Source of the DNA: a virus
Taxonomy: Duplodnaviria > Caudoviricetes
IMG/VR virus record: IMGVR_UViG_3300029309_000040
Coordinates: 1 to 58,273 of that record
Direction: 5' to 3' (one strand)
DNA: 58,273 bases
Shown here: piece after piece, positions 1 to 7,967 of the stretch
Numbering within the stretch: position 1 is the stretch's first letter
Layout of the letters: each line of letters opens with the position of its first letter
Notes under the pieces: generated by a model
The model's database searches: none
Seen by the model: the letters and a program-made list of their open reading frames with translations, nothing else
What the model was told of the DNA's origin: nothing
Position numbers and translations under genes: made by a program

Positions 1-104
1 CGATCCTCAACCGCCATGCAAGACGCATCGCAGTGGCCTGTCGGTACGTATCACTTGATTGTGGTGTCTGACAATCGCATGTTCAAGCAAACCATCGTGA
101 AGCT
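1..104. repeat. Terminal direct repeat, left copy (circular assembly overlap)
   Basis: Identical to 58170-58273 except G99 vs T58268 (synonymous GTG/GTT in the wrapping ORF). Confidence 0.95.
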
Positions 105-108
105 ATGA
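1..108 (+). CDS. C-terminal end of the origin-spanning T9SS type A CTD protein starting at 55593
   Basis: Frame from position 1 reads RSSTAMQDASQWPVGTYHLIVVSDNRMFKQTIVKL-TGA(106-108); the stop overlaps the ATG at 105. Confidence 0.85.
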   Translation, partial: RSSTAMQDASQWPVGTYHLIVVSDNRMFKQTIVKL

Positions 109-1139
109 GACTCCTACTGGCTCTACTCCTGTGCATCCCGCTAGCGAGTGGGGCTCAGACACTAAAGAAGGCGTTTCGCTTCTCCACTTTTTACGCTGCT
201 GTCAACGGGAACAACTCCCTGTCTGACTACAATACGTACTCTGTACTTAGTGGTCCACTGCAAACAGATATTGTAGAGACCCCTTTCGACTATTCCCTTA
301 CCCTGGGGATACGAAAGATTGCTAGGTTCAAGTATGAGAACCGAGCCAATGTATTTTACAACGGTGAGGAGCACTCTTACTCTGATGCAGCTACAATCGG
401 TACGGTCAAAGGTTTTGAGTTCCTATTCGAAAGCGACTATCGCAGGCAGCAAGGGGTGCTGTACCTAGACCAGAACCACTTCCTCAGATACGTCGGGGGG
501 AGGTTCGTCGGGAAGGTAGAGTACGTCCAGGATGGTTTTGCTGACGTGAGCTACCTCGAGGCTTCGCAGAGGCTGCGCATCAACTCTAAGGGGAAGCTGT
601 CTTTCAATATAGGGGGGGCACAACGCATATCGGAACCATACGGTTATGATCCGCTCAAGCAGTGGGAGCTGCCTGACGAAAGTTTGCACTACACGCAGCT
701 TGCCTTGAGCGAGGGTTATAGCTATGACTTCGTTACAGGGGAGTACATGAACCCTGACGGGGATGTAGTAGCCAGCAGCTTCGATGTATGGCGAGAAGTT
801 GTCATCCCAAAAGTCCTTGACGATTATGTACAGCGCAAGCGAGGGGAGCTAAACACAGAGTGGAACTACTCTTTAGTAGTAGGGTTTGACTACTACCACT
901 ATACCAAAGACTTCTGGCTGCACTCTTGGGGGAATGTCTTGCCTCGACATTTAGATACGGGGTCAGAGTTTTCTTACTTCCAGCTCAACGGGGGGCAATG
1001 GGTGGATTATAGTGGGGGACTAATCTTCGGATGGAAGTTGAATAGGTCCTTCGGCTGGTTCCTAGAAGGACGATACAATAAGTACTGGAACAGGGAGTGG
1101 CACGACTTCTCGGTTGGGGTCAACTATGTAATATTCTGA
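105..1139 (+). CDS. Putative outer-membrane beta-barrel protein
   Basis: Signal peptide MRLLLALLLCIPLASGA|Q; aromatic-rich alternating beta strands; C-terminus SVGVNYVIF resembles a BAM beta-signal ending in Phe. Confidence 0.7.
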   Translation: MRLLLALLLCIPLASGAQTLKKAFRFSTFYAAVNGNNSLSDYNTYSVLSGPLQTDIVETPFDYSLTLGIRKIARFKYENRANVFYNGEEHSYSDAATIGTVKGFEFLFESDYRRQQGVLYLDQNHFLRYVGGRFVGKVEYVQDGFADVSYLEASQRLRINSKGKLSFNIGGAQRISEPYGYDPLKQWELPDESLHYTQLALSEGYSYDFVTGEYMNPDGDVVASSFDVWREVVIPKVLDDYVQRKRGELNTEWNYSLVVGFDYYHYTKDFWLHSWGNVLPRHLDTGSEFSYFQLNGGQWVDYSGGLIFGWKLNRSFGWFLEGRYNKYWNREWHDFSVGVNYVIF

Positions 1140-1140
1140 T

Positions 1141-1425
1141 ATGGCAAAGGAGATTAACGAGGATATGGGGTTCAACGTCAGCATTAAATCGCTGGCAGGG
1201 ATTGGAGTGGGGATGGCTTCTTTAATCGGGATGTGGTTTACCCTGCAGGCCGATATCGCTGAGGCTAAGATGCTCCCTGAGCCACTCCCCTCGGAGGTTT
1301 CCCGTATGGAGTTTGATATGAAAGACCAACTGATTCGTCAGACGATTATGTCTACTCAAGAGGATGTCGGGGAGATTAAAGAAGACATCAAGCGAATAGA
1401 AGAAAAGATTGATCAACTCAAGTAA
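1141..1425 (+). CDS. Single-pass membrane protein with C-terminal coiled coil
   Basis: Hydrophobic segment LAGIGVGMASLIGMWFTL followed by heptad-like EIKEDIKRIEEKIDQLK. Confidence 0.7.
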   Translation: MAKEINEDMGFNVSIKSLAGIGVGMASLIGMWFTLQADIAEAKMLPEPLPSEVSRMEFDMKDQLIRQTIMSTQEDVGEIKEDIKRIEEKIDQLK

Positions 1426-1433
1426 CATGAATT

Positions 1434-1799
1434 ATGAAAGCAATACTTGCCCTCTTTACAGCATTTGCGTTCTTCTCAGCGGCGGCCTATGTAGCCGAGG
1501 TTGCGGAGGCTGAGGTCTGCAACTCTGGTGTATGCGTCGTGGAGTTTAACGCCTCTTTCAATAAGAGCAACGGGGTGGAGTGGATTGAAAAACTCAACGA
1601 TTGCACTACTTCGCGCATAGATATCGTAGAGAGCCCAGCCCTACAGCAGAAGCATAAAATCGTAGTAGTCCCTACTATTATTATCTTTAACGACGGGGAG
1701 GAAGTAGAAAGATTTCAGGCAAATATTATGATGGCTATAGAAGCCTCAAAGTCTGATGTACAAGAAAGTGTAGATGAAATATTAATGAGCTCTTTTTGA
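1434..1799 (+). CDS. Exported thioredoxin-fold protein lacking CxxC
   Basis: N-terminal signal; VVEFNASFN in place of VVDFWAxWC; VVPTIIIFNDGEEVERF matches the thioredoxin cis-Pro region. Confidence 0.7.
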   Translation: MKAILALFTAFAFFSAAAYVAEVAEAEVCNSGVCVVEFNASFNKSNGVEWIEKLNDCTTSRIDIVESPALQQKHKIVVVPTIIIFNDGEEVERFQANIMMAIEASKSDVQESVDEILMSSF

Positions 1800-1801
1800 T
1801 A

Positions 1802-2050
1802 ATGCCACAAGGAAAAGGAACATACGGAAATCAAGTGGGGCGCCCACCTAAGAAGATGAAAATCTTGAAAAAGGGTGGGAAGGTCCCTAAGCTTACAATT
1901 TTGAACAAGATAGTTATGGTTGACCCCCCCAAAGGTTTTCACTGGATGGAGGAGCAGGGCCGTTACTACTTGATGAAAGGGGATTACAAGCCACACCCAG
2001 GAGCTGTCAAGCAGGCCAAGTTTAAGCAGGCGAACCACCCGAAAGGATAA
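1802..2050 (+). CDS. Small basic hypothetical protein
   Basis: ORF track (1796 start); MPQGKG ATG at 1802 preferred; K-rich with an LKKGG motif. Confidence 0.65.
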   Translation: MPQGKGTYGNQVGRPPKKMKILKKGGKVPKLTILNKIVMVDPPKGFHWMEEQGRYYLMKGDYKPHPGAVKQAKFKQANHPKG

Positions 2051-2463
2051 TGGCTAAGAAAAAGAAATTCAAGGTCAAGAAGTCAAAGATCAATTACGAC
2101 CTTCCTTACGAGGGTCCAGAGTTCACCTCTAACAGGGGTGATTTGACCAGCCTGAAGGAAAAATTCGCTGCGCGTGGAGGTAGCTTGCGTGATGGCGAGT
2201 ATATCATTGAAAGACTTGACGACGGTTCGAAGCGAATCAGGCAGAGGCTGTCTTCTCCTGCTGAGTACAAGAAGGGCGGCAAGTTCAATCCAAAGTACAC
2301 AAAGGGTAGCTCGAATGTAGCGGAGCGCAAGAAGCTGATGGCTCAGATTTCTGCTATCTACGATAAGTATCGGGGCACTAAAATCAAAAGGAAAAAGAAA
2401 GGATTCCCACCCGCAGTAGAGGCTAGACTAAAACAACTCATGAAAAGAAGAGATAAGATATGA
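2050..2463 (+). CDS. Basic hypothetical protein
   Basis: Stop/start overlap with neighbours; K/R-rich; YKKGG motif. Confidence 0.65.
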   Translation: MAKKKKFKVKKSKINYDLPYEGPEFTSNRGDLTSLKEKFAARGGSLRDGEYIIERLDDGSKRIRQRLSSPAEYKKGGKFNPKYTKGSSNVAERKKLMAQISAIYDKYRGTKIKRKKKGFPPAVEARLKQLMKRRDKI

Positions 2464-2666
2464 AGATGAAAAAGAAAGACACCCCTATGTATATGAAAGG
2501 GGGTATGATGCAAAAGATGCCAGGTGGTGGCATGATGAAGAAAGACAAGATGCCCATGTACATGTACGGGGGCAAGGTCTATGCCGAAAAGGGAGCTATG
2601 CTCAAGGCGATCTTGAAAGATCCTGCGCAAGCTAAGATGGCCCGCAAGGAACTTGGAATGAAATGA
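2460..2666 (+). CDS. Small Met/Lys/Gly-rich protein with repeated xxGG motifs
   Basis: YMKGG, MPGGG, YMYGG repeats; ATGA overlaps. Confidence 0.65.
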   Translation: MKMKKKDTPMYMKGGMMQKMPGGGMMKKDKMPMYMYGGKVYAEKGAMLKAILKDPAQAKMARKELGMK

Positions 2667-2875
2667 AGGTCCTAAAGAAGGGCGGAATGGCTGGCTTGGA
2701 CGCTGCGCAAAAGCAAGTGTACAAGCGAGGGTTGGCCGCATACATGTCCTCAGGGAATCGGCCCAAGGTTTCTCAGCACGCTTGGGCTATGGCAAGGGTG
2801 AAGTCTGCCTTTGGAAAAAGAGAGGCGGCTAAGATTCGTGCAGGAAAGGGCAAGAAGAAGGGCAAGAAGAAATAG
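2663..2875 (+). CDS. Small basic hypothetical protein
   Basis: QVYKRGLAAY...QHAWAMARV motif; ATGA overlap. Confidence 0.65.
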   Translation: MKVLKKGGMAGLDAAQKQVYKRGLAAYMSSGNRPKVSQHAWAMARVKSAFGKREAAKIRAGKGKKKGKKK

Positions 2876-2878
2876 TAT

Positions 2879-2886
2879 TATATTTG
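2879..2886 (+). promoter_or_regulatory. Bacteroidota -7 promoter box TATATTTG
   Basis: Matches TAnnTTTG consensus, intergenic upstream of 2902. Confidence 0.65.
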
Positions 2887-2901
2887 CTGTAAATATTTAC
2901 A

Positions 2902-3306
2902 ATGGCTACCACGACTGCAACACTAACGCTTTCCAGTGCGGACCTGACAGGTGACGCGCTGTCCCTTTCATCTACCGCTACTCTGACGAAGGCTGGTACG
3001 TTGACTGGGTTGGACCAGACTTCAGGGGTAGGTCGCAAGACGACTACCGCTACGGCTCAGTACACACTGTTTGATGGGACTGACTACACTGCTGCTAAAG
3101 CGCATAAGGTGTACATCAAGAACACCAGCACAGTGGCTACAGAGTATGTAACCTTGACGGTAAACGCTGAAGAGGTTGGACGCCTATACTCTGGCGACTG
3201 GGCCTTTTTCCCTTGGTCTGCTCACGATGCAGACAACGACATCAAGCTCACCCCTAGTGTAAGCACCGCGCTTACAGTAGAGTACGCTTTGATTTTCGAA
3301 GCCTAA
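2902..3306 (+). CDS. Putative virion structural protein, paralog of 3306 and 42427
   Basis: MATTTATLTL N-terminus; VYIKN and G.WAFFP motifs shared with 3306..3713; lies in the head module. Confidence 0.6.
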   Translation: MATTTATLTLSSADLTGDALSLSSTATLTKAGTLTGLDQTSGVGRKTTTATAQYTLFDGTDYTAAKAHKVYIKNTSTVATEYVTLTVNAEEVGRLYSGDWAFFPWSAHDADNDIKLTPSVSTALTVEYALIFEA

Positions 3307-3713
3307 TGGCAACCATTAAAGCTAGCCTAACGCTGAACAGTCCTGCGGTGCTTACGTCGCCGCTGGCTCTGACTGTCAACGCCAACCTCACTGTGGATTC
3401 AGGTAGCCTGATCCGCCAGAAGGTAAAAGGGACGGCGGCAGATACAAACGACTTGGCTATATATATCGCCAACCAGTGTTCTGAGCGGGCTTACGTGTAC
3501 ATCAAGAACCTCGAGACGGAGCTAGAGAACTACATCTACATCCACAACGACACCGATACAGGTTTGGTAGCCAAAATCGGTGGTGGGGAGTTTGCCTTTA
3601 TCCCTGTCTCACCAGACAAGAAGTACGAAGTGTACGGGACTCGCGTAGACCAGATGGTAGAGTACGGTGTGTTCGGTAACGATAACTCTGACGCTCCATA
3701 CGGGGGCAGCTAA
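3306..3713 (+). CDS. Putative virion structural protein
   Basis: Paralog of 2902 (YVYIKN, GGEFAFIP, VEY). Confidence 0.6.
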   Translation: MATIKASLTLNSPAVLTSPLALTVNANLTVDSGSLIRQKVKGTAADTNDLAIYIANQCSERAYVYIKNLETELENYIYIHNDTDTGLVAKIGGGEFAFIPVSPDKKYEVYGTRVDQMVEYGVFGNDNSDAPYGGS

Positions 3714-3723
3714 TAGGTAGAAT

Positions 3724-4260
3724 ATGCCTTTTGATATTGTAACCATAGCCCCCACAACAGTTTCTGGAAGTCTTTCTGAAGGGGATGTGATGTTCAACCT
3801 GACTAAGGTTGATCTCCCTGCTCGGGCATGTAAACTGATTAGCGTATTTATGCAGGTGTCTTCTGCTACAGCACAAGAAGACAATTGTAAAATCGGCGTT
3901 CTGTTTTTTAAAAAGAACACCCAAGCTACTCTAGGCGCTTTGGATGCTACGGCAAGTATCAGTAGTGCGGACTTTACTGCAAACGAGTACATCGGTCAGA
4001 CTTTTCTCTCGTTGACAAACAACGCGAATACTTTGGACCTCGATGTCATTGACAATGTATCCCTCTACTACCCTTCTTCAAGCAATGCCGATACCAGCAC
4101 TACAGGTCAGGACGGGGAGCACCTTTCTGTTTTCGAGCCCATGCTATTGAAAGGTGACGAGGGTAATACAGAAGTTTACGCTGCAGGGGTAGTGCATGAT
4201 GGTACTCCAAATTTTGATGGTACTGATAAAGTGGAAATTCACCTTCACTTTGAATACTGA
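3724..4260 (+). CDS. Hypothetical beta-rich protein, tandem paralog of 4267
   Basis: Shares KxGVLFFKKNTQ, NEYIGQT, SVFEPM and IHxHFEY with 4267..4827. Confidence 0.7.
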   Translation: MPFDIVTIAPTTVSGSLSEGDVMFNLTKVDLPARACKLISVFMQVSSATAQEDNCKIGVLFFKKNTQATLGALDATASISSADFTANEYIGQTFLSLTNNANTLDLDVIDNVSLYYPSSSNADTSTTGQDGEHLSVFEPMLLKGDEGNTEVYAAGVVHDGTPNFDGTDKVEIHLHFEY

Positions 4261-4266
4261 TTATAT

Positions 4267-4827
4267 ATGCAGTATGAAATCGTTACGATATCACCAACGG
4301 TAAGTTCAGGTCTACACGCTACAGGAGATGTTGTTTTTAACCTAACTGAGGTAAAGCTCCCTGCAACCTCGTGTAAGCTAACCAGTGTATTTTTAACTGC
4401 TACTGGACTGGGAACTAGCGAAAAAGAAAGTTTTCTGGTAACAAAAAATAAAGTTGGTGTGTTATTCTTTAAAAAGAACACCCAACCCACGCTAGGCACG
4501 CTAAACGCAACAGCGGATATTTCTGCTGCTGACTTTGCTTTGAATGAGTATATAGGTCAGACATGCATTGCATCTCCAGCTGGGGGAAGCACACTGAAAA
4601 CAGTTCTCAGCGATGTGGGTTTTTTGTTTCCTGCATCAATAAATACAGACACCATCGGCGCAAATCATGGCGAACACGGTTCTGTTTTTGAGCCCATGGT
4701 CTTAAAGGGGGCGGGAGACAACAAGGTGTACGCCGCAGGCGTTCTTCACGCCGAAGAAATGTCTTCTTACGGCTTAAACTTTGGGGCTACGGACAACGTA
4801 AAAATTCACTTTCACTTTGAATATTAA
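4267..4827 (+). CDS. Hypothetical beta-rich protein, tandem paralog of 3724
   Basis: Same motifs as 3724..4260. Confidence 0.7.
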   Translation: MQYEIVTISPTVSSGLHATGDVVFNLTEVKLPATSCKLTSVFLTATGLGTSEKESFLVTKNKVGVLFFKKNTQPTLGTLNATADISAADFALNEYIGQTCIASPAGGSTLKTVLSDVGFLFPASINTDTIGANHGEHGSVFEPMVLKGAGDNKVYAAGVLHAEEMSSYGLNFGATDNVKIHFHFEY

Positions 4828-4836
4828 TTAAATAGA

Positions 4837-5976
4837 ATGGAGCAAGAAGTACAACAAGAAGCGCCTGCCAACGAGCAGGTGCCTGCACAAGAAGCAGCAG
4901 TTCAAGAAGCACCAGTACAGGAAACCCCTGCACAGGAGCAACCGAAGATCCAAATCTTTGACAACCCGCAAGACCTCGCGGCCAGCTTCCAACAGGAATT
5001 CGCTGCCAATACCGATAGCACTCCTGCTGCAGATGCAGAGCCTATCGAAACGCAAGTAGAAACTCCAGTTCAAGAACAGGCCATGCAGCCTGAACCAGAA
5101 CAGGTGCAGTACAGCCAACAAGACGTAGAGGGTGCTGTCTTCTCATATCTCAGCGAGAGGCTGGGGAGAGACATCACTTCGCTCGAGGAGTTGGCTGCAC
5201 CGCAAAAGCTCGACGAGGGGCTAGAAGTCATCGCCAAGTTCGTACAGGACACGGGGCGGAGACCTGAAGATTGGTTTGCATACCAGCAGTTGAATCCGTC
5301 CGAGATGGACGACTTCACAGCATTGCGTGTGCAGATGGCTTCAGATCACCCGAACCTCAGTGGCGAAGAAGTCAACCTCTTGCTCAAGAGCAAATACAAG
5401 TTGGACCCCGACGTTCATACTGAACAAGAAATCCAGCTTTCGCAGCTTCAGCTCAAAATGGATGGGCAGAAAGCAAAAGACAGCATCGAAACTTTGCGGT
5501 CGGGGTATATCGCCCCTAAGCAACAGGAAGTCGAGCAGGCCGAGATGGAACCGCTCATTGACGAGTCCTGGATAGCGGAGATGTCATACAACGTAGATGC
5601 ACTGACTGGGTTGGAGTTCGACCTCGGTGGTGACAAGACGTTTACGTTCGGTCTTGACGATGCCTACAAAGGACAGTTGAAGCAAAAGAACGCCCAGCTA
5701 GAGAACTACTTTGACCCATACGTCAGAGAAGACGGGAGCTGGGATTATGACACGTTGTCTTCACACCGCGCTGTCATTGACAACATCGATACAATCGTGC
5801 AGTCTGCCTATCGGCAGGGCATGAGCGATGGTCAACGTGGGGTGGTGACGAATGCAGCAAACGTACAGACTGCAGCACCAAACGATGCTAGCGGTCAAAA
5901 CCAAACTAACCCCCTCGCCGATCAGGTGAGACAGATCTTGCAGAAAAACAACAGCAAGGTCACATTCAACATTTAA
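4837..5976 (+). CDS. Capsid scaffolding protein
   Basis: Acidic, Q/E/P-rich N-terminus, helical; directly upstream of the major capsid gene. Confidence 0.65.
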   Translation: MEQEVQQEAPANEQVPAQEAAVQEAPVQETPAQEQPKIQIFDNPQDLAASFQQEFAANTDSTPAADAEPIETQVETPVQEQAMQPEPEQVQYSQQDVEGAVFSYLSERLGRDITSLEELAAPQKLDEGLEVIAKFVQDTGRRPEDWFAYQQLNPSEMDDFTALRVQMASDHPNLSGEEVNLLLKSKYKLDPDVHTEQEIQLSQLQLKMDGQKAKDSIETLRSGYIAPKQQEVEQAEMEPLIDESWIAEMSYNVDALTGLEFDLGGDKTFTFGLDDAYKGQLKQKNAQLENYFDPYVREDGSWDYDTLSSHRAVIDNIDTIVQSAYRQGMSDGQRGVVTNAANVQTAAPNDASGQNQTNPLADQVRQILQKNNSKVTFNI

Positions 5977-5987
5977 CATAAGAAACT

Positions 5988-7397
5988 ATGGCAACTATTA
6001 ACAGTCCCGCGAGCATGGATGTCGCTCCTGCGGACTTTCGTCTGACAGCAGACAAGTATACTACTGTCGACCAGCTCATTAACACGACCAAGGACTTGGT
6101 CATTCCTGAGTTGGTTGAAACCTACGGTGATCAAGGTATCACTGGATTTCTGCGCCTTACAGGTGCTATTAAGAGCGGTGGCAGTGCCGACCAAGTAGAT
6201 TGGTGGGAAGTTGGCCGTCGTCATAAAACAGCATCTATTAACTGCGGTACTGGTACGGGTGAGACTATCACTGGTGCTGTAGCGGCTGATGGTGATCCAG
6301 GAAGCGACCCAGCTACATCGAAGTTCTTCCAGACCAATGACGTTCTGATGAACACGGTCACGGGGGCTCGTCTCTTGGTCGTGGACGACTTGAGAACAGG
6401 TGATACGGATGGTGTGACTTTGGCTCGCCTTGATGGTGTTGCTATCGCAAACGATGGCCTTACTTACACGGCTTCTACTGCTGAGACCTACATCGTTCTC
6501 GGTAACATCTACGCGCAGGGTACAAACCAGCCTGAGCACTTCCTCGACACTGATGTGTTTCGTCAGAAGAATCCATTCATGATTGTAAAGGATCGCTTCC
6601 AAGTGAACGGTTCTCAGGCTACAAACATCGGATGGGTGAACGTCGGTGGCGGAGAGTATCGCTGGTTTATGTACGGTGAGCAAGAGGCACGTAAGCGCTT
6701 CGAGGATCGCCGCGAGATGATGATGCTCTTCGGTGAGCAGAACGCAGAGACAAGCACTGGCATCCTCAAGGACCTCCCTGGTTCAGACGGATACTTTACG
6801 CAGGTTGATGCTCGCGGTATCAAGGTTACCAACGCAAACGCTAACCCACTGGATAGCTTCGCTGAGTTTGACGATATCATCATCGAGCTGGATAAGCAAG
6901 GAGCTCCTAGCGAGTACGCCATGTACTTGAACCGCAAGCAAGACCTCGCTATCGACGATATGCTTGCTGCTGGAATTGCTACTAGTGTTACGGCTGGTTT
7001 ACCCGCTCAGTTTGGTGCTTTCCAAAACAGTGCAGACATGGCCGTGCAGCTCGGATTTAAGAGCTTCACCCGTGGTGGATACACGTTCCACAAGCACGAC
7101 TGGAAGTTGCTGAACGATCCTAATTTGCTGGGTGCTAGCACGAAGTTCCAAGGTGCCATGTTGCCTCTCACGCAGGTGGCTGATGCACGTACAGGAATGA
7201 AGGCTCCTTCCTTGGCTATGTACTACAAGGAAGCTAACGGATACAGCCGCGAGATGGAGCACTGGGTAACTGGTGGTGGAGTCCTCGGACACACCAACAA
7301 TGGCGATACTGGAGCTGACGTAGCGACGTTCCACTACCGCTCTGAGGTTGCTCTCTGCGTCCGCGCTGCTAACCAGCACGTTATCCTTAAGGGCTAA
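5988..7397 (+). CDS. Major capsid protein
   Basis: 469 aa after the scaffold; RFEDRREMMMLFGE and LGFKSFTRGGYTFHKHDWKLLND resemble Bacteroidota podovirus capsids; followed by a strong hairpin. Confidence 0.8.
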   Translation: MATINSPASMDVAPADFRLTADKYTTVDQLINTTKDLVIPELVETYGDQGITGFLRLTGAIKSGGSADQVDWWEVGRRHKTASINCGTGTGETITGAVAADGDPGSDPATSKFFQTNDVLMNTVTGARLLVVDDLRTGDTDGVTLARLDGVAIANDGLTYTASTAETYIVLGNIYAQGTNQPEHFLDTDVFRQKNPFMIVKDRFQVNGSQATNIGWVNVGGGEYRWFMYGEQEARKRFEDRREMMMLFGEQNAETSTGILKDLPGSDGYFTQVDARGIKVTNANANPLDSFAEFDDIIIELDKQGAPSEYAMYLNRKQDLAIDDMLAAGIATSVTAGLPAQFGAFQNSADMAVQLGFKSFTRGGYTFHKHDWKLLNDPNLLGASTKFQGAMLPLTQVADARTGMKAPSLAMYYKEANGYSREMEHWVTGGGVLGHTNNGDTGADVATFHYRSEVALCVRAANQHVILKG

Positions 7398-7410
7398 TAA
7401 CTTGAAGTGA

Positions 7411-7438
7411 GAGAGTGGACCCTTCGGGGTCTACTCTC
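7411..7438 (+). terminator. Stem-loop after the capsid gene
   Basis: GAGAGTGGACCC-TTCG-GGGTCTACTCTC; weak U tail, so possibly an mRNA-stabilising hairpin. Confidence 0.65.
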
Positions 7439-7461
7439 AATCTTCATAATCACAACCGATT

Positions 7462-7896
7462 ATGGCTATTAATAAATCATACCCAGGACCTCAGGTTGTT
7501 TCTAAGCGATTTATCGTTGCTGATGGATTGACTGGAAGCGGAGACACTGCTATTTACGGCATTACTCAGCCCGCAAACAGTGTCCTTGAAAAGGTTTTTG
7601 TCAGAGTCCTAGAGGCTCCTACGATGACATCTGGAGATATTTCACTTGAAGTAGGCACTGAGTCAGATGATCCTAACGACATCATTGACGATGCTTCCGA
7701 CCTGAATAATGTTCTTGATGGTGCGACTACGATTGCGGTTAATACTGTTAAGGACTTGACTTCGGATCTGGAGTCGGGTGTCGCCACTACCTTAAGGACA
7801 GACGATACTCAGGTGAACTTTAGGCTGAGAACATCCACTGCCGTTACTGTGGCGGGCAAGTTTGAAGTTTCTTTTGTCTTCAGAGTTTTTGAGTAA
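7462..7896 (+). CDS. Putative capsid-associated structural protein
   Basis: Beta-rich 144 aa immediately after the capsid gene. Confidence 0.55.
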   Translation: MAINKSYPGPQVVSKRFIVADGLTGSGDTAIYGITQPANSVLEKVFVRVLEAPTMTSGDISLEVGTESDDPNDIIDDASDLNNVLDGATTIAVNTVKDLTSDLESGVATTLRTDDTQVNFRLRTSTAVTVAGKFEVSFVFRVFE

Positions 7897-7919
7897 TCTC
7901 TAATGCAACAACTGCATAG

Positions 7920-7947
7920 AAAAAGGCTCCCTTCGGGGGCCTTTTTT
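7920..7947 (+). terminator. Intrinsic terminator
   Basis: AAAAAGGCTCCC-TTCG-GGGGCCTTTTTT. Confidence 0.85.
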
Positions 7948-7955
7948 ATTGTCGG

Positions 7956-7963
7956 TATATTTG
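7956..7963 (+). promoter_or_regulatory. -7 box TATATTTG, 4 nt before ATG 7968
   Basis: TAnnTTTG match. Confidence 0.7.
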
Positions 7964-7967
7964 TAAT

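Noticed and set aside
1-104. Terminal repeat as a biological direct terminal repeat
   Set aside because: It lies inside a coding sequence and is most simply an assembly overlap; the single mismatch is synonymous and may reflect strain variation.
5973-6683. Long antisense ORFs such as 5973..6683, 9253..9924 and 15943..16488
   Set aside because: Shadows of well-supported plus-strand genes with no recognisable motifs.
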